A stretch of DNA of 64,000 nt from a candidate division FCPU426 bacterium (GTDB taxonomy: Bacteria > Oederibacteriota > Muellerivitia > Muellerivitales > Muellerivitaceae): the NCBI GenBank assembly GCA_963796105.1, contig CAWCKJ010000004.1, positions 768,001 through 832,000 on the forward strand. The letters are read 5' to 3'. Positions 8,939 through 19,949 of the stretch are shown piece after piece (the stretch's first letter is position 1; each line of letters starts with the position of its first letter). A program made the translations under genes and the position numbers. The notes beneath the pieces were generated by a model. The model was given only the letters and a program-made list of their open reading frames with translations. It was not told where the DNA came from and did no database searches.

Positions 8939-11902
8939 TCAGTGGCAGTAGGCCTGAAGAACGTAATCGCCCGTCCAAGCCGAGCAGGAGGAGTTCACGT
9001 TCGCCGGGGCGGGGTTGTTGATCAGGTCCAGCCCCGCGTAGGCGCCCCCGCCAGTGGTACCATTGCTCCACCAGTCATAGGTCCCCCCCAGGTTCAGGCA
9101 GGCCCCCAGCCAGTAAACCCCCGGGCTCAGCGGGGTGTCGGGAAGCGGAATGATGTTCCAACCCTGCTGCCAGGTCACCACGATGGCGGAAGATTCCGCC
9201 ACGAGCGTATCCGGCAGGCCGTTGCTCCCGTTGGGCGTATAAATGAAGGCCTTGGCCATTCCGAGGATCGGGCTGCTGGTGGAAGTGATATAGACGGAAA
9301 TTCCCGCCACCGTCGAGGACGTGTTGAGCGTGTATTGCCCGAACCGGGTGCCCTCTCCAGTCAGGCCCCCGCAATCGTTGCCGGTCAGCGAGGTGCCCAG
9401 GCCGTCGCAGGGCGTGGTGGTGGCGGTCGGGGTGTAGGTTTGGGTGGGGGTGCTGGTAGGCGTGGAAGTCGGCACGGTCACAGGCTGGGAGCAGATGGCC
9501 CTGAAGGTGAAATCCGGGTAGCCGGTGGAGACGTAGTAGGAAAGGCCCGCGGGGGGGAAATTATCCGCGTAGTCCTGGGAATTGCCTCCCCCGCCCGTGT
9601 CGGCGCTGCACCACCAGTCATAGCCCGGGCCTGTGACGTTGACGGACGCCCCCAGCCAATAGTCCCCCGGCGAGAGCTGGAGGTCGGGCAGGGCCACGCC
9701 GTTCCAACCCTGCTGGAAGGTCATGACCTGGGCGGTGGAGTTTCCAAGGAGGGAGAGCGGCGTCCCGTTGACGCTGTTGTTGGAATAAACGAACACCCGG
9801 ACTAACCCGGTGGCGTTGGACTGGGCCGTGGTGATGAAGAAATCCACCTGCGACACGTCGGCGTAGGCATCAAGGTGGTACAGGCCGAACCTCGTGGAAA
9901 GTCCGCCCACGGAGCCCGGATCCGTGACCGGCCCCTGCGCGCCAAACCCGCCGCAGGTGGACGGCGGGGGCGTGGGGGTAAGGGTCACGGTGGGCGTGTC
10001 GGCCGCAGTGGGGAGGGGGTTGAGGCTGCAAAAATTCGCGGACAGCGAAAGGTGGTAGGACGCGTTCGCCGCGTTCTGGGTCCAGGGGGCGCCGAGGTCG
10101 CAGGGGCAGGCCAGGATGGTGCCGGCGGACTGGTTGGCCCCAATCTGGCTGTCGGGGCTATCCGTCGAGAATTCGGAGGCCAGGTAATATTTTCCCGCCT
10201 GCAGGTCCAGGGGCCCGATGGGGGCGTCGTTCAATCCCCCGGTGGAGGTCACGGGCGACGTGGCCGCGATCAGGGTGCCGGGCGACGAGCCCCCGTCCGA
10301 GTAGACCCCGAGCCTCAGGATTGCCCCGGGAGTGGCGTAAAAGCCGATGGAGGTGATCACGGCCTCGTAGGGGAACTGGGCCGGGGACGCGGAGGTTTGG
10401 ATGGTCCCGTAGTTGACCAGGCCGGTGGTGACGGCCTCCCCGAAGGTTCCGGGGTAGCAGAAGGTGGGTGTCGGGGTGTGAGTGCCGGGGGTGGGGGAGA
10501 AGGTGGGGGACCAGGTGCTCGTGCCGGTCAGCGTGATGGTCGGGGTAGCGGTCACGGTGGGCGTGGCGGTGGCGGTGGGGAGGGGATTGGGACTGCAAAA
10601 ATTCGCCTGTATGGCCAGTTCCCATCCCACCTGCATGGCGTCGGACCAGGCGGAGCCGAGGTCGCAGGAACACATGTGCGTCATGCCCGTGGTGTTGTTG
10701 ATCCCGATGGGACCGCCCGGGCCCGAGGACGCGAATTTAACCGCCAGGTAGTAGTTCCCCGCCGCCAGGTCCTGGGGCGCGATGGCCGCGGTGTTGAGCC
10801 CGTCCACGGCCGTCACGGAGTTGGATTCCGCCATGAGGGTCCCTGGGCCGGAGCCACCATCCGAATAGAGGCCCACCCGCAGGATTTCCCCCGCCGTGGC
10901 GTAAAAGCTGAGGGAGGAAACCTTGCCCGCGATGGGGATAACCGCCAGGGTCGCGGCGGAATTAGTCAGCCCGATGTTCCCCATGCCGGTGGTGACAGAC
11001 TGGCCGAAACTGCCGGAGTAACAAAGGGTGCCGGAAGGAGTGGGGGTCATCGTGAGGGTAGCCGTAACCGTTGGGGTATAGGAAGGGGTAATGGTGGGTG
11101 AGAAGGTTGACGTTGGGGTATTGGAGGGCGTCGCGGTGGGGGTTTGTGTCGCCGTGGAGGTGACCGTGTCGGTCACAGTGGCCGTGACTGTGGGCGTGGC
11201 TGAGTACGTAACAGTCGCCGTGTAGGTGAATGTCGTGGTCGCCGTATCCGTCGGCGTGAAAGTATAAGTGAAGGAGAGGGTTGCCGTCAGGGTATAGGAG
11301 GGTGTCTGGGTGGTTGTGGACGTCTCAGTGGGAGAAGCCGGGACGGTGAGCGTAGCCGAAGGCGTAGTCGAATCCGTTGGCGTGACCGAAGGAGTAGCGG
11401 TGGGGGTGACCGTATTGGTCACAGTAGCCGTATCAGCCGCCGTGTAGGTGAATGTCGGGGTCATCGAATCCGTCGGGGTGAAAGTATCCGTGGGGGAGAG
11501 GGTTGCCGTCGGGGTATAGGAGGGCGTCTGGGTGGGGGTTGGCGTCGTGGTGTAAGACGCTGTTACGGTGGACATCACTGAGCTTGTCGAAGTGGCGGTG
11601 AGCGTGTCGGTCATAGTGGCCGTACCAGTCACCGTGTATGTGACTGTCGGGGTAAATGAAGGGGTAAGGGCTGGAGTTGCGGTCCAAGTAAAGGATTGCG
11701 TCGCGGTGCTGGAAACCGCGGGGGTCATCGAATCCGTCGGCGTGGCGGTTTTTGCCGGGGCCGGGGGGGACGAGGGATTGGAGGAACTGTTGCTGCAGGC
11801 CGTCGGCAAAAGCGCGAGGCAGGCCGCGGCGGCGGCATAGGCGATAAACAAACGGAACTTGAGGCTCACAATATCCCTCGGCATTGAGGATTTCCGGATC
11901 AT
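8939..11902 (-). CDS. Large surface lipoprotein: Thr/Pro-rich stalk plus four repeated beta-rich domains
   Basis: Lipobox PTA-C; ~240-aa T/P/S stalk; two repeats with FYATxGxILRxGxYSDGGSxPGTL and two with TRFGxYxL...QQGWN...LSPGxYWLGA. Start codon uncertain. Confidence 0.8.
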   Translation of the reverse strand: MIRKSSMPRDIVSLKFRLFIAYAAAAACLALLPTACSNSSSNPSSPPAPAKTATPTDSMTPAVSSTATQSFTWTATPALTPSFTPTVTYTVTGTATMTDTLTATSTSSVMSTVTASYTTTPTPTQTPSYTPTATLSPTDTFTPTDSMTPTFTYTAADTATVTNTVTPTATPSVTPTDSTTPSATLTVPASPTETSTTTQTPSYTLTATLSFTYTFTPTDTATTTFTYTATVTYSATPTVTATVTDTVTSTATQTPTATPSNTPTSTFSPTITPSYTPTVTATLTMTPTPSGTLCYSGSFGQSVTTGMGNIGLTNSAATLAVIPIAGKVSSLSFYATAGEILRVGLYSDGGSGPGTLMAESNSVTAVDGLNTAAIAPQDLAAGNYYLAVKFASSGPGGPIGINNTTGMTHMCSCDLGSAWSDAMQVGWELAIQANFCSPNPLPTATATPTVTATPTITLTGTSTWSPTFSPTPGTHTPTPTFCYPGTFGEAVTTGLVNYGTIQTSASPAQFPYEAVITSIGFYATPGAILRLGVYSDGGSSPGTLIAATSPVTSTGGLNDAPIGPLDLQAGKYYLASEFSTDSPDSQIGANQSAGTILACPCDLGAPWTQNAANASYHLSLSANFCSLNPLPTAADTPTVTLTPTPPPSTCGGFGAQGPVTDPGSVGGLSTRFGLYHLDAYADVSQVDFFITTAQSNATGLVRVFVYSNNSVNGTPLSLLGNSTAQVMTFQQGWNGVALPDLQLSPGDYWLGASVNVTGPGYDWWCSADTGGGGNSQDYADNFPPAGLSYYVSTGYPDFTFRAICSQPVTVPTSTPTSTPTQTYTPTATTTPCDGLGTSLTGNDCGGLTGEGTRFGQYTLNTSSTVAGISVYITSTSSPILGMAKAFIYTPNGSNGLPDTLVAESSAIVVTWQQGWNIIPLPDTPLSPGVYWLGACLNLGGTYDWWSNGTTGGGAYAGLDLINNPAPANVNSSCSAWTGDYVLQAYCH

Positions 11903-12221
11903 ATCGGCCTTTTCATGGGCCGGTGACTAGGCCTGGATTATACCACCCCCATATTACGGCCGGGTAAAACCCATTTTAGCCCCCGATATGGGAGAAGGAT
12001 CTTACTGTCAAACCAAAAGACCTGGGAAACAAAGGTGAAATGTTAATGAAAAATGGACGGATTCGACTCCCGATGGTCGCTCACCACTGGGCAATGGAGA
12101 ATGGATAAACTCAATTAAAAATGAAGAATGAATAATGAAAAATTATTGAAAAAGTTGAGGAGTTAGAAGTTTTACAAATAACAATCAAATACCAATTGAT
12201 AATTAAATTATTCGTCCCCCC

Positions 12222-12566
12222 TCAAACCCCGAAGGCGATCAACAATTCCACGGTCAGGTAGGCTATAAACCCCAGGGAAGCCAATAAAACTCCGATAATT
12301 TTCAGGCTTTGGGCCTCGAGGAATGAAAAATACAAACCCAAATAGAAAATCCACAACGGGAAAGCAATGGACAGGCACCAGCGGACCTGGTCCGGGAAGG
12401 AATCGTTCCAGGTATTAAACGCGTTGTGAAGGTCGTAGAAAATCCCCAGCAAAGTTAAAGTCCACAAAATAAGAACTAAAAACTTCGTCCAGGGGGTTTT
12501 CTTCTCGGATAAGTAAATCGCGAGTGCCGGCAATATCAAATTCAACGCCGAAACAAAAATGATCAA
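12222..12566 (-). CDS. Hypothetical small membrane protein (about 4 TM), AT-rich
   Basis: Hydrophobic ORF with a TTG start; no recognisable motif. Confidence 0.45.
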   Translation of the reverse strand: MIIFVSALNLILPALAIYLSEKKTPWTKFLVLILWTLTLLGIFYDLHNAFNTWNDSFPDQVRWCLSIAFPLWIFYLGLYFSFLEAQSLKIIGVLLASLGFIAYLTVELLIAFGV

Positions 12567-12748
12567 GATGTTTTCCTTTCGAGCGGCGCCTGTTCCGGGA
12601 AACGGCCATTAAGGCCGCGAAATAACAACCAACGATACACTAATTTATAATGAATAACGGGAAATTAAGGGGCGTTCCAAAAGAAACAAACCAAGATGAA
12701 AGACAATGAGTCGAGGTAAAAGAATCCCGGAAAATGTGAGAATTAAAA

Positions 12749-13150
12749 CTATTTCAAATATTCATCCAGGCCAACCGTCAACTGGGGCACCGCTTTCCTC
12801 AAGGCCTTATCGCAGGTCACGCACACCATTCCCAGGGTTTTAGCCAGCGCCACGAACAAGGCGTCATAACCGCTGATTTTGTGCCTCAAAGCCAGGTCCA
12901 AGGCCTGGTCACCCTCCACGGGTTCCTCCCGCAAATGGGATAACTGGAACGAGGCTTTCCAAACGGCCCTGATATCTTCCGCCGGCATTTTTTGGTGCCG
13001 GGAGTAATTCACGAGGATGTTCAGGAACTCGATGCGCCAAAAGGAAGGAACAACCCAATCCCGTTCGCGGTCCAGGAGCGCCATGGCCTTCGGGGTATTC
13101 TCGCCCTTGATGAGCAGGTAAGCGATGATGTTCGTGTCTACGGCGATCAA
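12749..13150 (-). CDS. vapC: VapC/PIN-domain toxin
   Basis: IAVDTN, EFLN, YDALFVALA and VTCD PIN motifs; a probable TTG start overlaps the antitoxin stop. Confidence 0.9.
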   Translation of the reverse strand: MIAVDTNIIAYLLIKGENTPKAMALLDRERDWVVPSFWRIEFLNILVNYSRHQKMPAEDIRAVWKASFQLSHLREEPVEGDQALDLALRHKISGYDALFVALAKTLGMVCVTCDKALRKAVPQLTVGLDEYLK

Positions 13151-13377
13151 GCCATTCCCTTGCGCTTCCATTGGTGGATCAACTTTTCGGTGAGGGGCTT
13201 CTTGCCCTCATAAGGCGCTGGAAGCTCGCCCGCGTAAAAACGGCCCTGGTTCCCGCTTAAACCCGCCTCCAAGAGATAGATCGCCTCCCCGTTCATGGAC
13301 CTATGGGCTTTTTGGGCCTCTTCCTTCAAGCGCCGGTGAAGCTCATCCGGCAGGTCCTTAATCACCAAAGTCGCCAT
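13147..13377 (-). CDS. FitA/Arc-like ribbon-helix-helix antitoxin
   Basis: MATLVIKDLPDELHRRLKEEAQKAHRSMNGE is a typical RHH N-terminus; lies immediately upstream of vapC. Confidence 0.88.
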   Translation of the reverse strand: MATLVIKDLPDELHRRLKEEAQKAHRSMNGEAIYLLEAGLSGNQGRFYAGELPAPYEGKKPLTEKLIHQWKRKGMA

Positions 13378-13404
13378 GGAAACCCCCGAGGTTGAGTTGA
13401 CTAC

Positions 13405-13425
13405 CATTATGGAATCATTATGGAA
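13405..13425. promoter_or_regulatory. Probable TA autoregulatory operator
   Basis: CATTATGGAA repeated at 13405-13414 and 13416-13425, just downstream of a minus-strand TTGACA (13432-13437) and upstream of the antitoxin. Confidence 0.5.
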
Positions 13426-13635
13426 GTTTTTTGTCAAGGCTCAAACAGCGCCCGGCGAATCGCCATGGTTTTTCCAGTCAAAGGACGGCCCTCCGCACCG
13501 CAGCGTAGGGCAGGGCTTCAGGCCGCCAGTTTGTTGCGGGTCCTGGCCCATCCTCCTCTGTGGAACCCATTTCTCACCGCGTCCCTGGCGCTTCCAATAG
13601 TCACGGGCCCGGACCAGCTAAAGGGATGGGTCCGC

Positions 13636-13792
13636 CAACATTTAACGCCTGCCTTGAGGCCGCTAACTCGGCCTTCAACCTGAAAATATCCGCGTCGAGC
13701 CGGGCCAGGACCACGTTCCTGAATTTCCCGAAATGAAGGTAAAGGGCCATGAGGGATATGGCGCTGTTCAGGGCCCTGGGATACCTGAAGAG
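13636..13792 (-). repeat. Duplicated 3' end of the radical SAM gene (left direct repeat)
   Basis: 13667-13792 matches 19989-20114 (126 bp, mismatches only at 13678 and 13783). Degenerate similarity extends to CAACATTTAAC at 13636 versus 19951. Confidence 0.95.
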
Positions 13793-13913
13793 GGAGATGA
13801 AATATCCAACATTTCCCATGGTTTTATTGGGGTTAATTGATAACCCTGGATAGTTGATTAGTGGTAGTATTTATCATCTGTTGTTTGACCAGAATATGAG
13901 GTGCATATTTTTT

Positions 13914-16900
13914 ATGAAGCGAACCTGGTTCCTAAAAGCCCTTTGCCTTCTTTTATTCGCCACGCCTTCATTCGTCTCCGCCCAATCCGAAGATACTGAC
14001 ACGCCCACTTATACTTCCACTGATATCTGGACCGACACACCTACTGATGTTCCGGTTTTCACAGCGACGGATACTCCTGCCGACACGCCCACGGCTTTGC
14101 CGACTTTCACCCCGTCGGATGTTCCCACCGCCACACCCACCTTTACCTATACCTCCACCTACTACCCGACAAACACATTCACCTGGTCCCCGACACCGCT
14201 TCCTTACGGGACGAACTATTTCGGCAACAACTTCCCGTTGGACGGGAACTACAGCGATTACCCGATGACGGACCCGTCGTACCAGGGTAGCGTCCGGTTC
14301 ACGGCGAGGAATAGCGGCGCGGTATCCATCGCGTGGGTGTACTTTAGCCAGGATTCGGGCGGGCAGTACGTGGCGCAGTTCGAGGGGGATAATGCGGGAG
14401 TACCTGATGGCAACACGCTGGGAAACCCGGCGACCTTCTCCTCCGCCAATGCCGGGTGGTCCGGCGTGACGTTCACCGGCAATCCACCCAATTTGACGGC
14501 CGGGACTGTGTACCATATGGTATTGTCGGGAACCTCGAACGACGGGCCCGCCACCTACTGCACATGGCGGTTGGGGACCACGCCCTATAACGGGATGTAC
14601 CCCTACGACCAGTCCTCCGACCCCAACCAGGGGGCCGCGAAAAACCTGGGGACCGGCTGGACAGCCCTGGGCGGCGTCCAACCCCTATTCTTTCTCCAAT
14701 TCGGCAACAATTTTCTCGACGGCAACCTAAATGATTTGCAAGTGGATGAAATGGTTTACGGGAATAACCAGGAATCGGAGATGTTCGTCCTCAACGGGGT
14801 TCCCGTGACCATTACCTCCGTGGGCGCTTTCGTGAAAGAAATCGGTTCACCCTCCGAAAGCCTGACTTGGGCCATAAAAGACGGGAACGTGAACATTAAC
14901 ATCGCGACCGGAATCCTCGCCATGCCTTCTCAAGTGGGTCCGGGATACCAGTGGGTGGAAACGAACCTCCCCACTCCCTTGGTATTATCCCCGGATAATT
15001 ACATTTTCGCTTTAAACTCCAGCGGGTCCTCAAATTCCTCAAATTGCTATAGCTGGAGCCTGGGCGGATGTGAATCTCTTGGGTTTAAATACTTGCTCGC
15101 TGGGACGTATGAGGGGTACCTGGCGTCTGGGGCCTACTCAATAGACGGCGGTTCCACTTGGAATCACTTCCAAAACCCATACGTCAACAGTTTCCCTTTC
15201 CGGTTCCTGCAAAGCCCCGCGGGTACACCGACCCCGACCCCAACGCCGACTCCGCCCGGGACAAGCTACGTGGGGAACCAATCGGTCGTTTCCAGCCCCA
15301 ACGATCTGGTTTTAGACGACTTCAGTATCCGGGGAAGCTTGAGGTTCACGTCCAGGATCAACGGCCCAGTGACGGGCGTTGATTTATATATCGACTGGAC
15401 TTACGCGGGCCCCTTTTACAGAATCGGGATCCAGGGCGATAACAACGGCATACCCAACGGGACTTATCTCTCCGCGCCGGTCACGCAATCCATTACGAAG
15501 GTTGGCTGGCAGACATTCGCCCTGGGCCCGGGCGTAACCCTTTCCTCCGGCAATATATACCACGTTGTTCTTGAAACGGTTCATTACGGGGATTTTATGG
15601 GCGGCTCGGTCCTATGGAGGCAAGCTACCGCGCCGGCGGCGCAGCTATATCCATCGGGCCAGCAATCCGACCCGAACATGGGTATCGCGCAGGATTTAGG
15701 GAAAGGATGGGCCTTCGTCCCGGGTTACCAGCCGATTTTCGCCCTCAGGATCTCAAGCGGCCCGATGGACGGCAACCCCTATATTGCCTCGAATGATTGG
15801 AATATCCTCGGCACCGTCCAATTAGGCGAACGGTTCCTGGTCAACGGCCTCCCGGTCACGGTCAGCACCGCCGGCGCTTATGTGAGGAAATACGGAAACC
15901 CAAGCGGGAATCTGAACTGGGCCATTCAAGTTTTCACTTCGGGGATGACGGTCACCACCGCGTCAGGCACCCTTGCCGCTCCCAGCCAGGTCGGAACGAA
16001 CTATCAATGGGTGGAGGCGCCCATACCCTCGACCCGTTTAGCTCCGGGGATATACAGGTTCGTCCTTTCCTCGCCCGGGTCCACGACCCAAGGGAACGGG
16101 TATCAATGGAGCATGGCTTACTCGAATTTTGCCAGTCCGAGCCCATATGCGAACATCACTTACGGCAAGGACATGGCCTTCGGGGAGGAATCAAACGACG
16201 GGGGATCCACCTGGAGCGGCCTGGATATCTCCCCATACTATGGCAATGATTTTTGCTTCAGGATGTTAACCGACCCCAACGCCACTCCGGTCCCCACGTC
16301 CACCCCCACCCCCACGGGTTTCCTTGCCATCGGCAACCAATCGGTGTATTCCTCGGTCAACAACCTCGTGCTAGGCGACCCCGGAACGCGGGGAAGCCTT
16401 CGATTCACGGCCCGGCAAAGCGCCCCGGTGTCGGGCGTATGCCTGTATATCGACCACTCCATAGGTACCCCTCAATATAAATTCGGCCTGCAAGGGGACA
16501 ATAACGGGTTTCCCGCCGGGACTTATTTATCGGGCCCCGCGACCCTGGCGTTTAATAATTACGGCAACGGATGGGTGACATTGGGGGTGAACCCAAGCGT
16601 GAACCTGGCCGCCGGGACGGTTTACCACGTCGTCGCGGAACCAGTGAGCGTGAACGGGACCAACTATGCCGTTTGGGAGCAATCCACCGTCCCCGGCACA
16701 AAGTTATATCCATTGGGCCAGCAGGCCGACGCGAACATGGGGATTGACCAGGACATGGGGAATGGCTGGAATTTTGTCCCGGGTTACCAACCGGTTTTTG
16801 TCCTGTTGAACGGCGCGGGTCCTTTCGACGGCAATCCTTATATATTCGGTTTTAACATGGATATATACGGGTCGAACGAATATTCGCAGAGGTTCACCCC

Positions 16901-19900
16901 TTCCTCCTCCTACGTGATAAACGCGGTCGGGGCCTACGTCACCAAAACGGGCAATCCGGCAGGGGACTTAAAATGGGAAATCAGGAGCCTTCCCGGTACA
17001 TTGATCGCCTCGGGAACTTTGGCCACCGCCTCCCAGGTCGGGACGAAGCTGCAATGGGTGGAAACCGGAATCACCCCGGTATCTTTACCAGCCCAGCAGG
17101 CGTGCCGTTTTATCCTTTCCTCCCCCGGATCAGCGTCAGGCAATGATTACCAATGGACGATGAACGGCACACAATCCTCTTGTTGCGCGAATTTCGGGAA
17201 TATCACTTACGATGGGACAAATTCCTTCGGCGAATCCTCCGCCAACAGCGGTTCCAGCTGGGTTTCAATATCCACCCTGGGAGATTGCGATTTTGGTTTC
17301 CGGGTCTGGTCGAACGGGTCCACCCCGACCTTAACCCCGACGGCCACCGCCACCAATACCCCCACTAAAACAAGCACCAATACCTTAACGAATACCGCGA
17401 CAAAAACCCCGACTAAAACCAGCACGCCCACCGTAACGGCCACCCCAACTCCCACCCCCACCGTTACCTTTACAAGCACCCCTTCCTATACTTCAACCCC
17501 CACGCAGACTTGCAACCCATCTATCGTCGGCTCCTGCTGGTACGAGTCCACCGCGAACGCGGCTTTCAGCGCCAGGGCCGGTAATGGTTGCGTGGTATTC
17601 GACCCAAGCACAGGAAACCCCGCGGGCAAAATGTGGGTCATCGCCGGGCAGACCTCGCCCTCGGCATTCTTGAACGACGTTTATTACAGCCCCGACGGGG
17701 CCAACTGGACCCAGGCCACGGCCAGCGCGGCCTTCTCCCAAAGGACGAGGCCCAGCGCCTTGGTTTTTGATCCCGTCACTAAAAATCAATCGAAACGGAT
17801 TTGGGTCATCGGCGGTTTGGACACTTCCTCAACTTGTCTCAACGACGTCTGGTGGTCTCCCAACGGGGTCAACTGGTTGCAGGCTACCTCCCACGCGGGC
17901 TTCACCGGCAGGTGGGGCATGAGCACCGCGGTCTATAATCCAACCGACGGCACGGCTACTGGAAAAATGTGGGTCATCGGCGGATATACGTCGAGCGGTT
18001 TCGCCAACGACGTTTGGTATTCCGCCGACGGGGTCAACTGGACCCTGGCCACTTCAAATCCACCCTTTGATGGAAGGTTCGGGGCGTCGGCCCTGGTCTT
18101 TGGCGGGAAATTGTGGGTTATCAGCGGGAGTGCCGTGACCAACGGCGTCTGGTGCACCACGGACGGGGTCCATTGGACTACGGCCACCTCCTCCCCCGCC
18201 TTTGGGTACAAATACGGCAACGCCGGTTATGTTTACAACGGCGCCATGTGGGTGGTCTCGGGCACCTCCTCAGGAAGCATCAACACCAACGACGTGTGGG
18301 CCTCCACGGATGGCGCCAACTGGACCCAGGTTAATTCCTCCGCGCCCTTCCCTGCCCGTCAAGTGACAAACGGCGTGGTGTTCGACGCCGGTACCGGCCT
18401 TTCCATGTGGCTGATCGGCGGCGCCGGGAACAGTTACTTTAACGATGTCTGGCACACGGTCGGCCTGCCGCCGACCGCCACTCCGACCTTTACAGTAACG
18501 CCGACGAATTCGCCGACTTCAACCCCCACCGTTACCTTTACGATGACCCCCACCTCCACCGCAACCTCGACAGGGACGGCCACCAATACACCCACTGCCA
18601 CGCCGACTGACACGGCTACAAGCACTCCAACTTCAAGCGATACAACTACGGATACGCCCACCTTTTCTCCGACCGATACGGCGACATTTACGGATACTTG
18701 CACGCCTTCCTACACCTCGACCAGCACACCCACCGATACGCCTACTTACACACCCACGAATACTCCGACTGATACCCCTACACCTACCAACACGACCACT
18801 GATACGCCAACCAATACCCCAACAAACACGCCTACGGATTCGCCTACGCCGTCGCCGACCAACACCCCGACCGATACTCCCACTAGCACCCCCACACCGA
18901 CACTTACAGACACCCTTACCCCAACCTATACGCCGTCCTCCACGCCTACCAGTACCTCAACTCCTACTGACACATCAACGGACACACCGACGGATTCGGC
19001 TACGGCAACGCCTACACCCACCAATACACCCACCAGCACTCTCACGCCAACCTTCACCAATACCCTTATCCCAACCTATACGCCGTCATTCACGCCTACC
19101 AATAAGTTTACGACAACGCCTACTCCCACCAACACACCTTCCAGTACACCAACGCCAGCCTCTACCAACACCCTTACCCCAACTTATACGCCGTCATTTA
19201 CACCTACCAACACGGCTACGCCAACGCCTACGCCCACCTATACGTTTACGAATACCCCCACGAATACTCCTACCAAAACCTACACATTCACAGCCACTTT
19301 TACTTATACGTACACATCCACCAATACCCCTACGAAAACGATTACAAACACGTACACAAAGACTTATACGCCGACTAACACCGGTACCCCGACAAAAACC
19401 CCGACTATTACCAATACATTCACGAAGACATTAATCCCTACCATAACGCGTTCCCCAACCGCCACATCCACGCCGACGAAAACCCTCACCCGTACCCCAA
19501 CACCCACCATCACCCGGACACCGACCAAGACGTTTACCGGAACGCCGACAAAAACACCTACCCGCACGAATACCCCCGCGGGTAAATCGATGAAAGACTT
19601 TGAACGGGAAACCCCGACCCCCACCCGACCGGCTGCATTATTGGTCATCGCGGCTCCAAGCATTTCCCGGAACGGGGAACCCATCCGATTCCGGATGGAG
19701 TTGGACCGGACGGTCGGGATCAAGCTGGGCCTTTACTCCCTGGATGGGGAAGAGGTCTTCCGGTCCTCGGTTGTGGGGAAGCCGGGTGAAAACATTTTGA
19801 CCTGGAATATTCAAAACACGGCCGGAAACCCAGTGGCCAGCGGCTTGTACGTGGCGGTCGTGCGGGTGGAGGACGGCGCTGGATCAAGAAAAAAGACTGT

Positions 19901-19922
19901 GAAAGTCGTGGTTTTGCGCTAA
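13914..19922 (+). CDS. Giant (~2000 aa) secreted modular protein: three ~340-aa repeats, a Kelch-like propeller, Thr/Pro linkers and a FlgD/T9SS-like C-terminal domain
   Basis: Signal peptide [23 protein letters not shown]; three GSxRFTxR...GDNxGxP...SQVGxxxQWVE repeats; NDVWxSxDGxNW repeats; C-terminal LYSLDGEEV...WN..N..G..VASGLY...KVVVLR. The ORF track starts at 13854. Confidence 0.88.
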   Translation: MKRTWFLKALCLLLFATPSFVSAQSEDTDTPTYTSTDIWTDTPTDVPVFTATDTPADTPTALPTFTPSDVPTATPTFTYTSTYYPTNTFTWSPTPLPYGTNYFGNNFPLDGNYSDYPMTDPSYQGSVRFTARNSGAVSIAWVYFSQDSGGQYVAQFEGDNAGVPDGNTLGNPATFSSANAGWSGVTFTGNPPNLTAGTVYHMVLSGTSNDGPATYCTWRLGTTPYNGMYPYDQSSDPNQGAAKNLGTGWTALGGVQPLFFLQFGNNFLDGNLNDLQVDEMVYGNNQESEMFVLNGVPVTITSVGAFVKEIGSPSESLTWAIKDGNVNINIATGILAMPSQVGPGYQWVETNLPTPLVLSPDNYIFALNSSGSSNSSNCYSWSLGGCESLGFKYLLAGTYEGYLASGAYSIDGGSTWNHFQNPYVNSFPFRFLQSPAGTPTPTPTPTPPGTSYVGNQSVVSSPNDLVLDDFSIRGSLRFTSRINGPVTGVDLYIDWTYAGPFYRIGIQGDNNGIPNGTYLSAPVTQSITKVGWQTFALGPGVTLSSGNIYHVVLETVHYGDFMGGSVLWRQATAPAAQLYPSGQQSDPNMGIAQDLGKGWAFVPGYQPIFALRISSGPMDGNPYIASNDWNILGTVQLGERFLVNGLPVTVSTAGAYVRKYGNPSGNLNWAIQVFTSGMTVTTASGTLAAPSQVGTNYQWVEAPIPSTRLAPGIYRFVLSSPGSTTQGNGYQWSMAYSNFASPSPYANITYGKDMAFGEESNDGGSTWSGLDISPYYGNDFCFRMLTDPNATPVPTSTPTPTGFLAIGNQSVYSSVNNLVLGDPGTRGSLRFTARQSAPVSGVCLYIDHSIGTPQYKFGLQGDNNGFPAGTYLSGPATLAFNNYGNGWVTLGVNPSVNLAAGTVYHVVAEPVSVNGTNYAVWEQSTVPGTKLYPLGQQADANMGIDQDMGNGWNFVPGYQPVFVLLNGAGPFDGNPYIFGFNMDIYGSNEYSQRFTPSSSYVINAVGAYVTKTGNPAGDLKWEIRSLPGTLIASGTLATASQVGTKLQWVETGITPVSLPAQQACRFILSSPGSASGNDYQWTMNGTQSSCCANFGNITYDGTNSFGESSANSGSSWVSISTLGDCDFGFRVWSNGSTPTLTPTATATNTPTKTSTNTLTNTATKTPTKTSTPTVTATPTPTPTVTFTSTPSYTSTPTQTCNPSIVGSCWYESTANAAFSARAGNGCVVFDPSTGNPAGKMWVIAGQTSPSAFLNDVYYSPDGANWTQATASAAFSQRTRPSALVFDPVTKNQSKRIWVIGGLDTSSTCLNDVWWSPNGVNWLQATSHAGFTGRWGMSTAVYNPTDGTATGKMWVIGGYTSSGFANDVWYSADGVNWTLATSNPPFDGRFGASALVFGGKLWVISGSAVTNGVWCTTDGVHWTTATSSPAFGYKYGNAGYVYNGAMWVVSGTSSGSINTNDVWASTDGANWTQVNSSAPFPARQVTNGVVFDAGTGLSMWLIGGAGNSYFNDVWHTVGLPPTATPTFTVTPTNSPTSTPTVTFTMTPTSTATSTGTATNTPTATPTDTATSTPTSSDTTTDTPTFSPTDTATFTDTCTPSYTSTSTPTDTPTYTPTNTPTDTPTPTNTTTDTPTNTPTNTPTDSPTPSPTNTPTDTPTSTPTPTLTDTLTPTYTPSSTPTSTSTPTDTSTDTPTDSATATPTPTNTPTSTLTPTFTNTLIPTYTPSFTPTNKFTTTPTPTNTPSSTPTPASTNTLTPTYTPSFTPTNTATPTPTPTYTFTNTPTNTPTKTYTFTATFTYTYTSTNTPTKTITNTYTKTYTPTNTGTPTKTPTITNTFTKTLIPTITRSPTATSTPTKTLTRTPTPTITRTPTKTFTGTPTKTPTRTNTPAGKSMKDFERETPTPTRPAALLVIAAPSISRNGEPIRFRMELDRTVGIKLGLYSLDGEEVFRSSVVGKPGENILTWNIQNTAGNPVASGLYVAVVRVEDGAGSRKKTVKVVVLR

Positions 19923-19949
19923 TAAGCTGGTTCGAAAATCCCCATTAAT

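Noticed and set aside
3700..13800. Integron cassette array
   Set aside because: No intI gene, no recognisable attC (RYYYAAC...GTTRRRY) sites, and the genes have mixed orientation and long spacers.
13601..13819. 72-aa ORF as an independent gene
   Set aside because: It is mostly the duplicated radical SAM 3' fragment, with a frameshifted tail.
18470..19580. Thr/Pro-coding tracts (also about 11040-11750 and 49290-49640) as non-coding tandem repeats
   Set aside because: They are in-frame low-complexity linkers with varied codons inside long ORFs.
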